From Raillietiella orientalis (taxonomy: Eukaryota): a stretch of DNA of 64,000 bases. Below are positions 1 to 12,950 of this stretch, piece after piece. The stretch lies in contig JAYWIR010000001.1 of the NCBI GenBank assembly GCA_036172245.1, positions 5,332,001 through 5,396,000 on the forward strand, in the 5' to 3' direction. A model generated the notes under the pieces. The model ran no database searches and had not been told where the DNA came from. It saw only the letters and a list, made by a program, of their open reading frames with translations. A program made the position numbers and the translations under genes. Position 1 is the stretch's first letter. Every line of letters begins with the position of its first letter.

Positions 1-23
1 AGAGAGAGAGAGAGAGAGAGAGA
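1..23. repeat. (AG)n microsatellite, truncated by the window edge
   Basis: Direct reading: agagagagagagagagagagaga. Confidence 0.95.
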
Positions 24-3000
24 AGGACAAAATAAAATAAGATGAGATAAACGAACTGTCGAGAATCTAAATCGAAGATCGGAGCAAACGACGATGGACC
101 TCTTGTTAAAATTGGTGTCTGTGTGTTTCATGTTTTTTTTATATATGTCTCGTCAGCCTTACCACGCCGCGAGAGTTGAGAAAGGGCTGCCATGTCTATC
201 CGCGTCTGAAATCCCCTGCATGAAACCGATATGCATGAAACCCAGATTCCTGGAGGATTTAGCGTGTATTCGTTCCCACAGCCAGGAGCCACGCGAAGGC
301 TCTCTGAAACATCGAGGGCTGCGTTACCGCATTTCGCATTATCTTCGACGGTTTCCCCTGACCAGCTTCGCTTTGATAAGTGCCGTGGCATTCCCGGGAG
401 CAGGGAACTGGGAGAGCGAGGGAAGAGCCAAATCCGATTCCTGAACTGCTTGCTTCGACCGAGAGGGAGTTTTCTTCTTCGGCGGCTTCGCGGAAATCTT
501 TGGAATTTCTCCGTTTTCCTCGCTGCTGATCCCCTACGAGCATGTCCTGCCTAACTGGTTCAGGGATTCTTCCCCACCCCCCACCTCACCTCCCTTTTCA
601 GCCACCCTTTTCTTTCTTTCTTTCTTTTTCATCGGCGTGAATGCCGGTGGGTCGCTGAGAAATGCCGCACGGTCCGAAGAGTTTCGTGCGGGGTGACGTC
701 GTCCGACGGGAACGCTCTGGGAACATTTCCGCGCGCGCGCACGTGCGTTTCGCCCGTCCTCCTACGTCCTTCAGTTCCTCTTGGACGAAAGAGGGACTTT
801 TCAGATCCGTGAGATTCCTGGCGATCGCAGCAAATCCTGAAGCTGAAGTCCCCATCCGAAGGCGGACCCATCGAGCAGTGCTGTCGGGATGGGGATGGAA
901 AGAGGGGGGGGGCTTGCGGAAGTCGAGCGTCCAGAGGAAAAAAAAAAAAGCCGGGATCGATTAACTGTCAGGAGTCAGCAGCGAAGAGTCGGTCGTAGCT
1001 TGACGACCCCGGGATGCGTGACAGCGGTTATGAAATGAATTCCCCGCCACTAATGAGAGGTGGTAAAGGAGGACGGCATTCCTTTGGCGTCACTCTTTGC
1101 CAGAAGTGCAAGCGAGGCATCAGACGTCAAAGCGGAAAGAACTGCCAAAAAAAAATAATAATAAAGCCGCGTCCGGGAACTCCGCAAATATCCTTTCGAG
1201 ACGCCCCGAGGACTTTCCAGGTTTTAGGAGGCAACACGGAGACGTCACTCGGATGGGGGGGGGGGGAATCCAGAACAGCCGGGGAGATAGCATCCGGAGG
1301 CGAGACAAGTGCCCAGGCGGCGCATCCGAGGTATGTGATGAAAGCGCGAGTGGTGGTGACTGCTCGCGAAATGCCCTTATGATTTACGGTCGCCTTTCCT
1401 GGAATCGCAATGGAGAGGAGCGTCCCGTTCCTGCGAGCGAGGGAGGATGGCAGTTGGCGGATGATTGAACGCGCGCTTCCGTCAGGCTGCGGATTCATCA
1501 CATTGCATCGGATGCGTTTCCCGGGAACGACTGGGATCTCCAGTAAAGTCCTTTGCGCGCGTTGGTCTCTCCGACGGGACGCGAGCGTACCTCCGCTTCT
1601 CCCGTCTTCGTCTTCCTTGACAGGAAAGACGGCTTCCCCCGGCTGTACGCTCTGAAGCTCTGTGTCCGCGGACATGTGTACACCCGGAGGTCATCCTTGA
1701 ACCTGGTTCCCTGGCATTGAAATGTCGCCGGACGATGTAAACAAAGGCGAGGGACGAGCAGGCTGTATTGGCACAACTTCTAGACACTCGCCAATAAATC
1801 AAGACATCGGAACGACCGCGGGCGTGTCTGCAGCGGAAGCTGTCCAAGTAAGTGACAAAGCTGCTGCTGCTGCTGCTGCTGCCGTGCACTTCCTTGGCTC
1901 GAGCTGACGGACTCCGTCATGGCGAACCGAAAGACGCGCGGTCACCTTTTCGGCTTGCAGACCGGACTGGGAACCTTTCAGCGGCCAAAGACCGAAGGAC
2001 GCAAAGTGCGGAGCACGTCTCGCCATCTACCACGCCCGAGTCGAGAGTTTACGAGCGGCGCTTCTGTTCTTAAGCCGAGAGTTGTTTGCGTCCGCATTGG
2101 CTTCCTCCGACAGATCTCTTAAAAGACCATGAAGGGTGGGGAGGGGACACCCTTTTTCGAGCACCCGAAGAAAAAAAAAAAAAAATAGTAACGCTGAATT
2201 GATGGCAGGCCTACCACAACCCGGGCGTGTAAATATCATTTTAGGTCATGCGCGAAAGGCAACTGATGCGCGCTCCGCAAGAAATGCGCATGCGCGGATG
2301 CACTCGCAGAGGAATTTCCGGACGGGTCCGTATTCATTGAGCCATCATTCTGGCTCACTAAATTCATCGTCGGACTGCACGACCGGAGGAGGGAGGGCGC
2401 AGCGGCCCTGGGCTCGCAGCTACCGCTCGCTGCTTCGTTCATCCGCAGAGGCGCAGAAAGACGAAAGCGAAACCTCCGGAACGAACTTCCGGTGCGTGGG
2501 TCCGTGCGAGGTGCCTTCGCTCGTCTACGTCCTGAAGGGCGCCCTCCCATGGTCACCGCACCGGATCCGCGGGTGAATCCGCTCCAGAGGAGAGCCAAGT
2601 TCACCCGCAGCCAGCCAGCCCGCCCCGGGGGATGCTGGCGAGTCTCCGCGGGAGACCCAGGGATCGACGAAGAGCTGCTTCTTCGCTCATCCCCGATGGA
2701 ATCCCGTTTTCCGGATGTGCACCCAGGGAGGAGACGCACGGCGTTCCCAAACGGGTGGAAGGGTGCGCTCTCCGCCCTCCGCAGCGCGATTCCAGCCTCG
2801 ACACCTCACGAGAGGTCAGATCGTTCCCAGACTCGAAGAGGGCGCCCTCGCTCAACCGATTTTCTCAAAGGCATCGCTCCCGCAACAAGTATCCCAGGAC
2901 CGCGTGGTCCCGGACTTTTTTCCCGGAATCGGACCAACCCGTAATCAGCATTCATTGGATCCGATCCCTCCTTCCCTTCACACCATTCCGCCGTCCGCAT

Positions 3001-3199
3001 CCAAAGTGAGGGATCACGCGCAGAAATTGTTTCCTTACGGCGCGGGGATTCGGTCCGGGATCCCCACGCGCTTCCCGATACGCCGGGAATCCCAATAGGT
3101 GCGCGGCAATCTGTGGCTGTTTTTTCTTCCCTCCTTCCGCTGCTCCTCGGCGCGGTGGCGTGCACGTCGTCACGCCCGCGTCGCTTCCCGGGAAAAGGA

Positions 3200-6100
3200 A
3201 AGGAATGTGTCTTCCCAGGCTGAGCGGCGAGCCGTTCTTCCGGCGGGGGAGGGAGGGGGAGACCCACCGCGGCCGTCGGTCCTGCGGACAGGTTCCGAAC
3301 CGTGGTCGTGAGAGCTGTGCCCTCCTCCTCATCCTCATCCTCCCCGCCGCCAACTCCTTGAGAGGATCCCGCCTGCGACACTTGCTGTAGGGAACCCCCG
3401 GACGACCAGTGAATCTTCCCGTGTGATGCGCGCAGGCGTTTCCTGCGCGTGCAGGCCGGAAAATCCCCCGCAGAAGACGCTTCGGAAGCGCGTGGAAGAG
3501 GATGCCTCGAGCACCCGAAACCATGAGGGGACCGCCAGGGAGAGGCCACTGGTCCTCCCGGAGTTCCCAGCTGCCGGTATGTTCCGCCTGCACGTGAGGA
3601 GGAGGAGCGCACAAGTGCGGTGCACATCGAACGGGAAGGGAGACATCCTTTACCCCCGCGCGCAGGACAGCGCTCCGTGCTCGAGACGGATGATCTTCGC
3701 CCTCGCGGACTCAGCCACAGCCACTCCATCCAGAGAGCGCGATTCGATGAAGGGGCAGACTCTGCGCCCTTCTCGACTCGACGGGCTGGCGGTCACGTGC
3801 GAAGACGCGACGCTCCTTCCTGAAAGTCCGGACTGCTTCCCCGCCGGGAATGCTGGGGTGCTTCCCCAGGATTCTCGTCTTCTCACGAAAGGACTTTAGT
3901 CTCCCTTCTGCCAGACGCGCGCGCCTTCCGCTCGCCGAGCACGGGTTCCCCAAGTGGGGGTGGGAGGGCGCAGGGTGCCACCGCGTTCGGAGGAAAAGGA
4001 GACGCCCTTCATTCCCGCGGGAGCCTTCTTTCCTCTGTTGTCTTCGGCGCAGTTCGCTTGCTGCTTGTTCACCACTGCATATGCACCCCCATCACGTACC
4101 CCCATCTTTTTCTTGATGGAAAGCTCGGAATTCGAACCGTGGGCAAGGAGGAGAATTTCCACCTTGGTTTCTTCGTCTAACGCCGCGCCTGTCAGCAGCC
4201 ACGAGGTCGCGGCTGTACAGCTCCCGACGGAGTTTCTGGGGTCACCGTCCCCCTCCCCCTTTCCGGTTTCCTAAGCGGATTGTGCGTGTGTGCGTATTGG
4301 ATGCAGGAAGACGTCCGTTCCCGGTTCCCCATTCTTCTTCCCGCTAGGTTCGCCTTTGCTGTTCCCTCTTCTGCGCCGTCGCTCGACCCTCGCTTCTCGA
4401 ACTCAGTCCTCGGGGTCATTGTCGTGCAGGAAGCAGCAGCGATTGCCTCGGGAGCTGGGATCGCGGTCGATCCCGGAGCTCCCCGCGGGCGATTCGAAGA
4501 GGTGGGCACTGGAGATTTCTCACCCGAACAGCTTCTGGGGGTCAGCCCCGTGCCCGTCGGGAATACGCGAGGGGCGGACAGATGCCACGGCCGTGTTCCA
4601 CCCGTCCTGACCATCCTCGGGACGCGGGGGGAGGGGGGATCCCACTCGCAGGACGAGGGATTCCTGCACTCGCCGCCGCGTCCTTCCTTCCCGTCCTGGC
4701 TGCGTACAAGCGAACGAGCTCCTCCTTTTTCGGGGAATCGACCTTCCAGCAGCTCGCAGCTTCCGGGAACGCGCATCGCTGCGCGGAAACTTCACGGCGA
4801 CTTCCCGACGAACGATGGTGCCTGCGAATCCGTGTTCCCGCAAGGGCTGCTGCAGATTCCTGCGTGAAATCGAATCTTCCGAGTCGAAGGGAACGGAAAA
4901 AGCGGAGAGGGAGGAGGGGGAGTGGAGAAAGAAAAAATTGGGATCCTTGAGACTGGGCTTGAAAAGTTCCACGCCTATGATGAACTTCCACGACATTCGA
5001 TATCGGACTTCCCGGCATTCCGATAGCAGCCGGGAGGGGGGGAGGACCGGCTGCCTCCAGATCTCTCGAGCTCACCGTCCTACCCCGGACGTGTTCGGCA
5101 CAGCACGTGATGGAGACGGAAACGACTTTCCTACTCCCCTTCTTTCCGTATCCCATGCCCCGCCTTCGAACAAACTCTTCCCAGCTCTCCGCCCCAGCTG
5201 GTGCTTTCGCCAGCTGCCGAAAACGCCGGCCAGGGGTCGTGACCTGGCTTGTGGATGACTTGCTCCGCAAACGCAGGCAGATGGCCCCGCGCTCCCGTGT
5301 CGCGCGGAATCTCGGGAGCGAGGAGGAACGGGAGCAGGGGTGGCCACCGCCACCTCGTGTCCGCGGCAAGGCAGCAGCGTCTCCCCAGTTCCCCGAGAAG
5401 GGGAGGGGAGGAGGGAAGGTACGCGTACGCGCTGCTGCACCGGACCGGGAGCGCCGCCAGCGGCGCTCGCGCTCCCGAGATTATGTAGCAAAATTGGGAA
5501 GCTTCGACCCGCTGGTGCGAGCGGCGCCGCTTTGAACCACCGCGGGTCCGCTCCTCCCGCTCGCCTTCTTGAGTTTCGCGATCGTGCGCGGGCGGAAATT
5601 CGACGCCGCGGCGGACCAGGTGCGGAGGAGGGTCGCGTTTCTCCAGGAGACCAGCACTCCGGATGGCGGTTACGACCGGGATCAGAGAAGCGCGAGCGTC
5701 CACCGCCGCAGGGTTTCGGTTCCTTCGGGAGCGCACCGCTCAGGCAGGGGCGCACGCCCTCTCTTGCGGGGGAGAGGAAATCCCTGAGTCCTCAGGGAGA
5801 GAGGAGGGGGGACGACATCGAAGGCATCCCCTCGCGTCCGCTGCTCGCCTCCCGTTCGCCTGAGTGGTCTGGAGTGATCTCCCGCGTCGTCGTCGTCCTG
5901 CCCGGGCAGGTCGTCCTTTCCGAGCCGGCGGCGCGGCGCTTTTCCCGTGCCCCGGAGGCGCCGACTTACCGTTCGTTCCGCGAGGCGAGTTGGGTTTCCG
6001 CGGGCGGGGAAAGACGATGACGCCGGTTGGCGACGAAGCCGTCGATTGCGAGCGTTGGATCTCGTCGGGAATCCGTCGCTTCCCGGTTTCCGCGGAAACA

Positions 6101-8300
6101 TCCGTGACGGGTTCCCGGAGCCTCCGAGAGCAAGGTCCGGTCCGCGAGCGGTGGCTCATCTTCGTTTCCAGGTGATGGAGCTCACGCCGACCGGCGGTAC
6201 GACACGTTCGATCTCTGGCGCGCCGGAAGGGCCGCTCAGGAGTCTTGCTGTTTCCCCTCAAGCTGATGGGACAACCCCCTCCCTCCCTGCGTCTCCTCCA
6301 GCTCGCACTCCGCACACCGCCGGCCGAGATTCACCCCGTGGGCATGGCGTCCCTCCAGCGCCTCCCGTCCCAGAAGAGTAGAAGTGAAAGCGTCACCTCC
6401 GCCAGGTGGCGCTCCGTCCGAAGAGGAACTCCCACCAGGAAGCACGGAGCACTTTCCGCCAATAAGGGAAGAGGAAGGGCGGAGGACAGGATAGAGCAGG
6501 CAGAAGGAACTTCCGGCCACTCCTCCTCCTCCTCCTCCAGGGTTCCGCAGGTCGACTGGAAGCGGAGCAGGGCGGCTCTTCGCCCGGCCCGGGGCGTCTC
6601 GGAAGCAGCCGACGCCGTCCATCCTGGCGACCCTCGCGCCCAGCCGGGAATCCGTCGCGGAAAGATCTCCTGGGGAAGAGGCAGCCGGCGGCTCCCGAAC
6701 GGAGGAACGAAGTGGCCCGCGGCGGCGACGGAAAGCCCCGCGGTAAGGGGCAAACCGACGCGAGCGCATCCCGGCCGCCTGCTCCCTCTCCCCCCGCGCG
6801 CGCGCTATTCGCGGCAGATCTTCCCGGATCAAACCCCGGGATTTCACGGTTTAAAGGGGCTTTCCTTTCGGGGAGCAGTTATCGATCCCGGTATCCACGG
6901 GCGACGTGATCCCCTCTGAGATGTGCGAACGCTCCTCGCGCTCTGCCGATGTAATCCGCTGCGACCCGCCGCCTCGACACGCGGGACGCAGGTGACTCTG
7001 GTACGCTGCGCCGGGACTGCGCGCGGCGGCTCCCGCTCCCTAATGTCCTTCCGTCCCCAGTGCAACCCCCCCCTTCTCCCCACACGCAGGCGGGCACTCT
7101 CCTCAGGAGGTCTTCGAGGGCGTGCTCGGGAGGGATCACTTGGCCAGCTCGCGGGTTTTCCGGGCGATCCTCGGACCGCGGGGTCCCGGCTCACAGTGGA
7201 AGGGAGGACCCGGAGGACCTGTGGTGGCGAAGAGGCAGCTCCGTCGACTCTGCCCGGCAGCGCGCGGACAGGGGTGAGGGGGCGGCGGGGACTCTCGAAA
7301 CTGAACACCTGGGGCGTGCAGAGGAGCCGCGTAGGGGTCCCTCGGCCTCGCCTTCGGGCTTCTGGCACAGAAGAAATCAACGCGGATCCGCAGAGGATCA
7401 TTTGCTTTGCTCAGGATGCTGGGGCTGAACGGGTTCGCCTCGCCCCGTAAAGCTTTCCATCCGCGCCTGAGACCCGCGAGACCTTCCTTCCTGCCGTGGA
7501 ATTCCGCTCTCTCATGGACATCATGCGACCGTCCCGACCTGAGTCTTCTCCCCCTCCCCCTCTCCCTCCTTTTTTTTTTTTTCTATGAAAACTGATTAGG
7601 GTGGACTCCGAGATCGTTTCAGGCGTGTAGGCGTCCCTGCTTCGAAGACGGAGCGCCTCATCTCCAAGCAACACGGAGAGGGTGTGCTCCCGTTCCAGGC
7701 CTTCGGTTCAATGCAGGAAGGAGGTCAGGGGTGTCCTGCAGGAGTGCGAGATCAGCCCTGCTTCGAGGAGCGAGCCGTTTCCGGATAGCACCCCGTCTCC
7801 TGGCAACCGTTCCATCCGTGCGGGTTCCGCCGACTTCCCCCTGCCTTTCCTCCGCGCGCGCTTCGGGACCTGGGGAGCGACAGGCCCCTGGACTTTTTAC
7901 AGAAGGGGAGAGGAACGAGGAATCATCGACGGAACGCGAGGGAGGTCGTGAGCCACTCCAGGTGCTGCTGTCCCTCGTCGCGCTGACTCTGCAGGTGAGC
8001 GAACGAGGACGACGGCTAAGGACACGAGGAGGCGACGTCTTGTGCCGGAACCATGGCGTGGCGCCAGCGTTCCCCTCCCCTCTCTCCCGTCTCCGGGATG
8101 GTTCGAGAGCACAGCCATACCGGAAAAAGTCCCCTACGCTCCGCACGGAGGGAAGAGCTGCTCTTTGGTCCAGCTTGCAGATTCCAGCGGGTTTTCCTGC
8201 GGACCCGGCTGCAGATGGAACGCCAGGGTCAGGCGGGCCCTTTCGTGAGGTGGCTCGGAGGTCCGTGCTGGGTCGAGCGCAGAGGGAGTGCGCGCGGCGG
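3200..8300 (-). mobile_element. Heavily decayed L1/Tx1-like LINE ORF2 (endonuclease, RT, zinc finger)
   Basis: Minus-strand motifs in the expected order: endonuclease-like segment at 7420-7860 (homologous to 12330-12610); KPGSDGFP at ~6089-6066 (cf. KSPGPDG); GRSFPILLHNL at ~5500; HQEKDGG at ~4100 (cf. L.PK..GGLG); VFCGG....QETPARI at ~3480-3430 (C-terminal Zn finger). Many frameshifts; ends approximate. Confidence 0.6.
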
Positions 8301-10449
8301 ATCGGAAAGGGGGGGGGGGGAAGGGAATAGGCCCTCCCTTACAAACAAAGGGAGAGCACGGGTGCTCCTGCAAACAAAGCTCACCCGTTCTTTTCTGTCC
8401 GCCTCGCCAGCTGCTCTCCTTCGCCCGTTCCTGGAAGCCGCGCCCGCGCGCGAGGCTGCCGCCTCCGCCGTCTGATCTCGGCGCCCTTCTCGCCTCCGCC
8501 CTCTCCCATCCCCCAGACCCGAGAGGAGGTGAACGGTGTCTTCCTCTCCGCCAGCGTCCCGTGCGCATTTCGTGGGGTCGGACTGGGGGCCGCGAGGGGA
8601 GGAGCACCCCGCGTGGTGGTTTCCAGAAGACGGGGACGCTTCCCGAGCACTCCCTGCGCCCGCACGGATCTCCTCCGCGCACAGGAAGAGGACGATTACA
8701 GGGGGCCGCGCTGCCCGGCGGATTTCCTAATCTGCAGCCGCGCGCGGGTTGCCCGGACGGGCCTGCGCGGCGGGGGTGTTCCCCCCGAACATGCAATCCC
8801 GTTGTTTCCTCCTCGTCACCGGCTGATGGGATGATTGCGGGGTCGCCTCCGGTCCAGCTGCGCCTCCCCCCCTCGGATGGAAGGGTCGTTGCACCGACGC
8901 ATCCCGATTCCGCGGCACCGCCTCCTCACCTTCGCCCCTCTTCCGCGGCCTTTCGCTGGAGACCGGGACAAGGTGCCCCCGTGGTCTCTCCAGGCACCAC
9001 AGGGGCCGCGGCTGCGGCCTGTTGAGCCCTCCTTCCCGTCCTGGCCCTCCTCCCCGCAGCCAGGAGCTGACGATACGCTGGCGCCTAGCGGGAGAGAGGG
9101 AGCTCCCTTTCAGGGAGTTGTGGAGGCGCCCCCCGAGGAGGCGTCCTCTCGTGCGGGCGGCTGCCGTGGCGACGCGGAAGCGTGCGCTTCCCTGGGAGTT
9201 CCTTCGCGCCTGCCATCCTCCTTAGGTTTCTCCCGGTCCATGCCGTGCGTGCCCCTCCCGGCCGAAATCTCCGACCGCCCTTAACTCGTCGCTTCATCTA
9301 CCCTTCCCCGCCGCCACCCCCTGGGCGCGAGCGCCTTCCCCATAGGCAGGCCTTCTCTGGCGTCTCAGAGAGCGGCCGGCGCGACGGGCGGTTGCCCTCC
9401 TTCCCAGGGGGAGAGGGAGGGAGAGGGATGAAAACGAAACTGCGCCCCTCCTTCTCAGAGGTTGGGCGCATCCCCCGCTCTCCCCAGCGGCAGGGGTCGG
9501 CGCCTTGCACGCGACTTTTCTCCGCAACCGTGCGCCCCACGGGCACCCCGCAGTTTCCTTCCCTTCCCAGTTGTGCTAGCGAGAGCGGAGGCGACTTCGG
9601 GCTTAGCTGCTCGACCCGCCTCCGCCGGTGGGGCCCCCTCTCGTTTGGGCACGGCCTCGCTCGGAATCAACAGCGTGAGGGTGGTGCGCATTAGAGCGAG
9701 GACGCCAACTTTCCCTTTTTTCTACTCTCCCATTCCCCTCCCCTCCTCTGCGCCAGCCGGAATCCTCGAATCGTGGTGAGTACCCGACGCTCCTGCGCCC
9801 ATGCATCGCGGGCGAAACGCCGGAACATCTGCCTCGGAAGATTTGTGTGGGCCGCGGAGGAGGAGGAGAGGCGGAGGATCTTGCCGCGAGCATCAGCAAG
9901 AGTTGAGACTTTGGCGTCGGAGTCTCTGGGATGGAGTCTCTCTCCTCAGCGAATTCTCCGGGACGCCCTTCTGCGGTGAGCGGGCGGGCGGCCGGTCGCT
10001 CCCAGCTCGCCCAAGACGCGAAAACGGAAAATTCGACATCGGATAGGGCAGCTGTCGGCAGCCGTGGCCGTGGTGCGGACTCTGCTGACTGCCGTCCCAC
10101 TCGAAGATCGCCTGCCCGGCTTATTACACGGACGAGCTGCCGCGCGCTTCTCGGTGCGAGTAGGAGGAGGAGCCGCGAGGGCCCACTCGGGCGTGCGGGG
10201 TCGCCGCCGCTTGAATGCATCGCTCCCTGTGCCCTTTCAATCGGGGAAGGCCCTACTCATCCGCGTGTAACTTTGGACAGCGTGCTTCCCGCGAAAACCA
10301 ACCGTCAACAGGGAGAGGAAGAGAGGGAGCGTAGGGGCGAAAGAGAGAGGAAAAAGGAAAAAAAAAAGTAAGGGAGAAAAAGAAAAAAGATCGAACCGAG
10401 AAAAAGTGGCTCTTGGGATTTCAAGATCGGATGCATTTTCAAGCAGCAG

Positions 10450-12950
10450 CCGAGTGCGTTCGGCTCGGCCGGCGCTCGCGAAGACTCGCCGTCCAATGGC
10501 TGCTTTTCCTTTCGGAGGCCTCCTTTGTCGCTGCTTCTAAACCCCAGATGAAAGGCCGATCGTCAGGGAATTTTCCTGGACGCTGGGGCGAGCGACTTTG
10601 CGGGAAATCTATTAGGACGTCGGAGACGCGCGCTGGGCTGGGAGCGCGCTCCTCCTCGTCGAGCTCTTCGGTGGGGACCTCAAACATCAGCCGGGGAGGA
10701 GGAAGGAAAGGGGGAGGGGAGGGAGGGGAGACGGAGGAAGTTTCCGTCCTCTCGTTCCCCAGAAGCTGAGGAAGCATTCTCGACAGGCTGGGATGTTCCT
10801 TCCTCGGCGCTCCCGCAGCATCTCCACTTCCGCTTCTGCGTGGCTGAGAGCTGTCGGTCCCATCATCGCGAACCCTTCCCGCAAGAAAGACGCCTTGCCG
10901 ACACCACGGGTTCCACGTTCCGCTCCACTTCCGAACGCTCAATCAATCAGGACCAGAGTGATTAACATTCCAGCTGATGAGCACGGTCCAAGTGAAAAAA
11001 CTCCGCAGAGACGGGGGACGGCGCTTTCGCCAGTGCTCTCCACCACGCCGCGGGCAGAAAAAAAAAAAAAAAAAAAACACCGTTGCGAAGGACAGGCCAT
11101 CTTTCTTTGCTGTCCACGAGCAGCCTCGGAGCTCTTTCTCTCTTGTGACCCGGGATCTCGCGGCGTTGATGGTGGATCCGAAAGTGGGGAATGAGCGAAA
11201 AACTTCTTCCGAAAGCGATCTCGAGGTTCAAAGCACGTGCGCCTGCGCCTTTCCCGTGAGCCGTCGAGGTAGCCGTTCCCGAATCAGCGCGCCATCGTCC
11301 TTCGCTGCACTCAGGGGGCTTTCTTCTGATCAGTAGCCTCCGGATGCTCTCGGTGCGCCGAGCTGCCAGAACCTCCTCATCCGGTTTCGGAATCCCCGCT
11401 GCCTTCCTCTTCTTTCCTTTTGCCCCACATACTGCCAGACAGCAGTGGATGCCGTGCCGTGACCTAGAAGAAAAGGTCGCACCACCGCAGCAGCAGCAGC
11501 AACTCTGACTCCGATGTGATTCGTACGCCCTCTTTTTTTTTTTTTTTTTTTTGTCGTGCAGCCTCACCGAGCCCACCGCCATCAGCAACCACACGCGGCA
11601 TCTTCCCTCGGAGCTCTTCCACTAGCCCTTCTGGGTCGTGCAGCGGAGCAGAGGCGGGAGTCTCCGCCTCCGCACACCGCGCCCCCTTCCCCTCCCCGGC
11701 AGCCCGTTCTTCTTCGCAACAGCCGCTTTGATGAAGATGAGGAGGAGTTCGTCCCGGAAGCTCCCCACCCGATCTCCTGGCTTCCCGCGAACGGCAAAGC
11801 TTCCTCCTCCCCGACGCCCATTCGCCGCGCCTCCTCCGTCTTTCCTGGCCGCTCCGCCCGCGTCTCCGGAAACTCTCGTCTCCCCGTTCTTCTTCTCCTT
11901 CGCCTCCACTCCGCTTCCCTCGTTCCTCCCCCTTCCGGGTCCACGGGAAGATGCGAGGAGAGCCGACAGTTCGCGAAAGATCGGCTGATGTTTCCTCTTC
12001 TTCCTGCGAACCCACGCGATCCCTCCGCGCGACTAGCGGAGGCGAGGGCGCACGGGGACGCTCCTCCTCTTCCAGAGCTCTCCCGGCTCCGCTCCCTCAG
12101 GGGAAATCCGCCCTGAACGACCGCGGATGCGCCTGGACCGAGGGGGAACCTCCTCGGAGCTTATCGTTTTCTTGCATCTCTCCTGCCGCCGGCTTACCCT
12201 TGCGGTGGAAGAAATTCTTCCACGTGCCCACTGGTGGAAGCCGCGGTATGAGGAGCGCCCGCGGACCCTTCGGCGTGTCGGCACGAGCCAATCAAAAGGC
12301 AGCCGGTCATGGTACTGCATGCAGATGAAGGGGCTAAACGGGTTCGCCTCTTCCCGTGGAGCTTTCCATCCGTGCCTACGACCCGCGAGACCTTCCTTCC
12401 TGCCGTGGACCTCCTCTCTCCCGTGATTGCCACGCGACTGCCCCGAGCTGCGATTTCCCCCCTCCCTCCTCCCCTCCTTCCTTTTTCTTGTGGAACCAGA
12501 CGAGGGTGAACTCCGAGGTCGCTCCAGGCGTGTTGGCGTTCCTGCTTCGAGGAGCGAGCCGTTCCCGGAAAGCGTCCCATCTCCTGGCAACCGTTCCCTC
12601 CGTGCGGATTGGTTACAAAGGTTCCTCTCCCGCGCGGGCCTCACTGGGGCACTCGGTCGAATTCCTCGCGGTTCTCCGTGGTTCGTCCTGCCGCAGCTCC
12701 TGCTGGGATGGCGAGGAGGATCTGCCCGCCGGCTGTTCTGCCCGGCGCGGAGGACAGCAGTCTCCCTGGCGTGCAGCTCCCGAGACGCCCGACGTCCAGC
12801 AGAGGCAGCGAGGCCGCCTGCAGCACGCCCAGACTGGAGGGGGGAGCGGGCTTCCTCCTCAGGCAGCCTGTTCCCCTGGGGAAGCAGCAGGAAGGAAGTG
12901 GGACAACGGCCGCTAACGTTCCCGAAGCACCTGAGGGAAAATCCCGCGGC
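10450..12950 (-). mobile_element. Decayed L1/Tx1-like LINE ORF2 (endonuclease and RT)
   Basis: FGNVSG at ~12920 (cf. WNV.GL); WDAFRERLAP...EFTLVW at 12580-12495 (cf. D.FR..P...FTW); HDRLP at ~12300 (cf. SDH); DPEGLVEE at ~11630 (cf. GPDG..EF); DEEVLAARR..IRRLLI...EGR..D at 11380-11280; ALNLEIAFGRSF at 11234-11198 (cf. LD.EKAFDRV). Confidence 0.7.
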
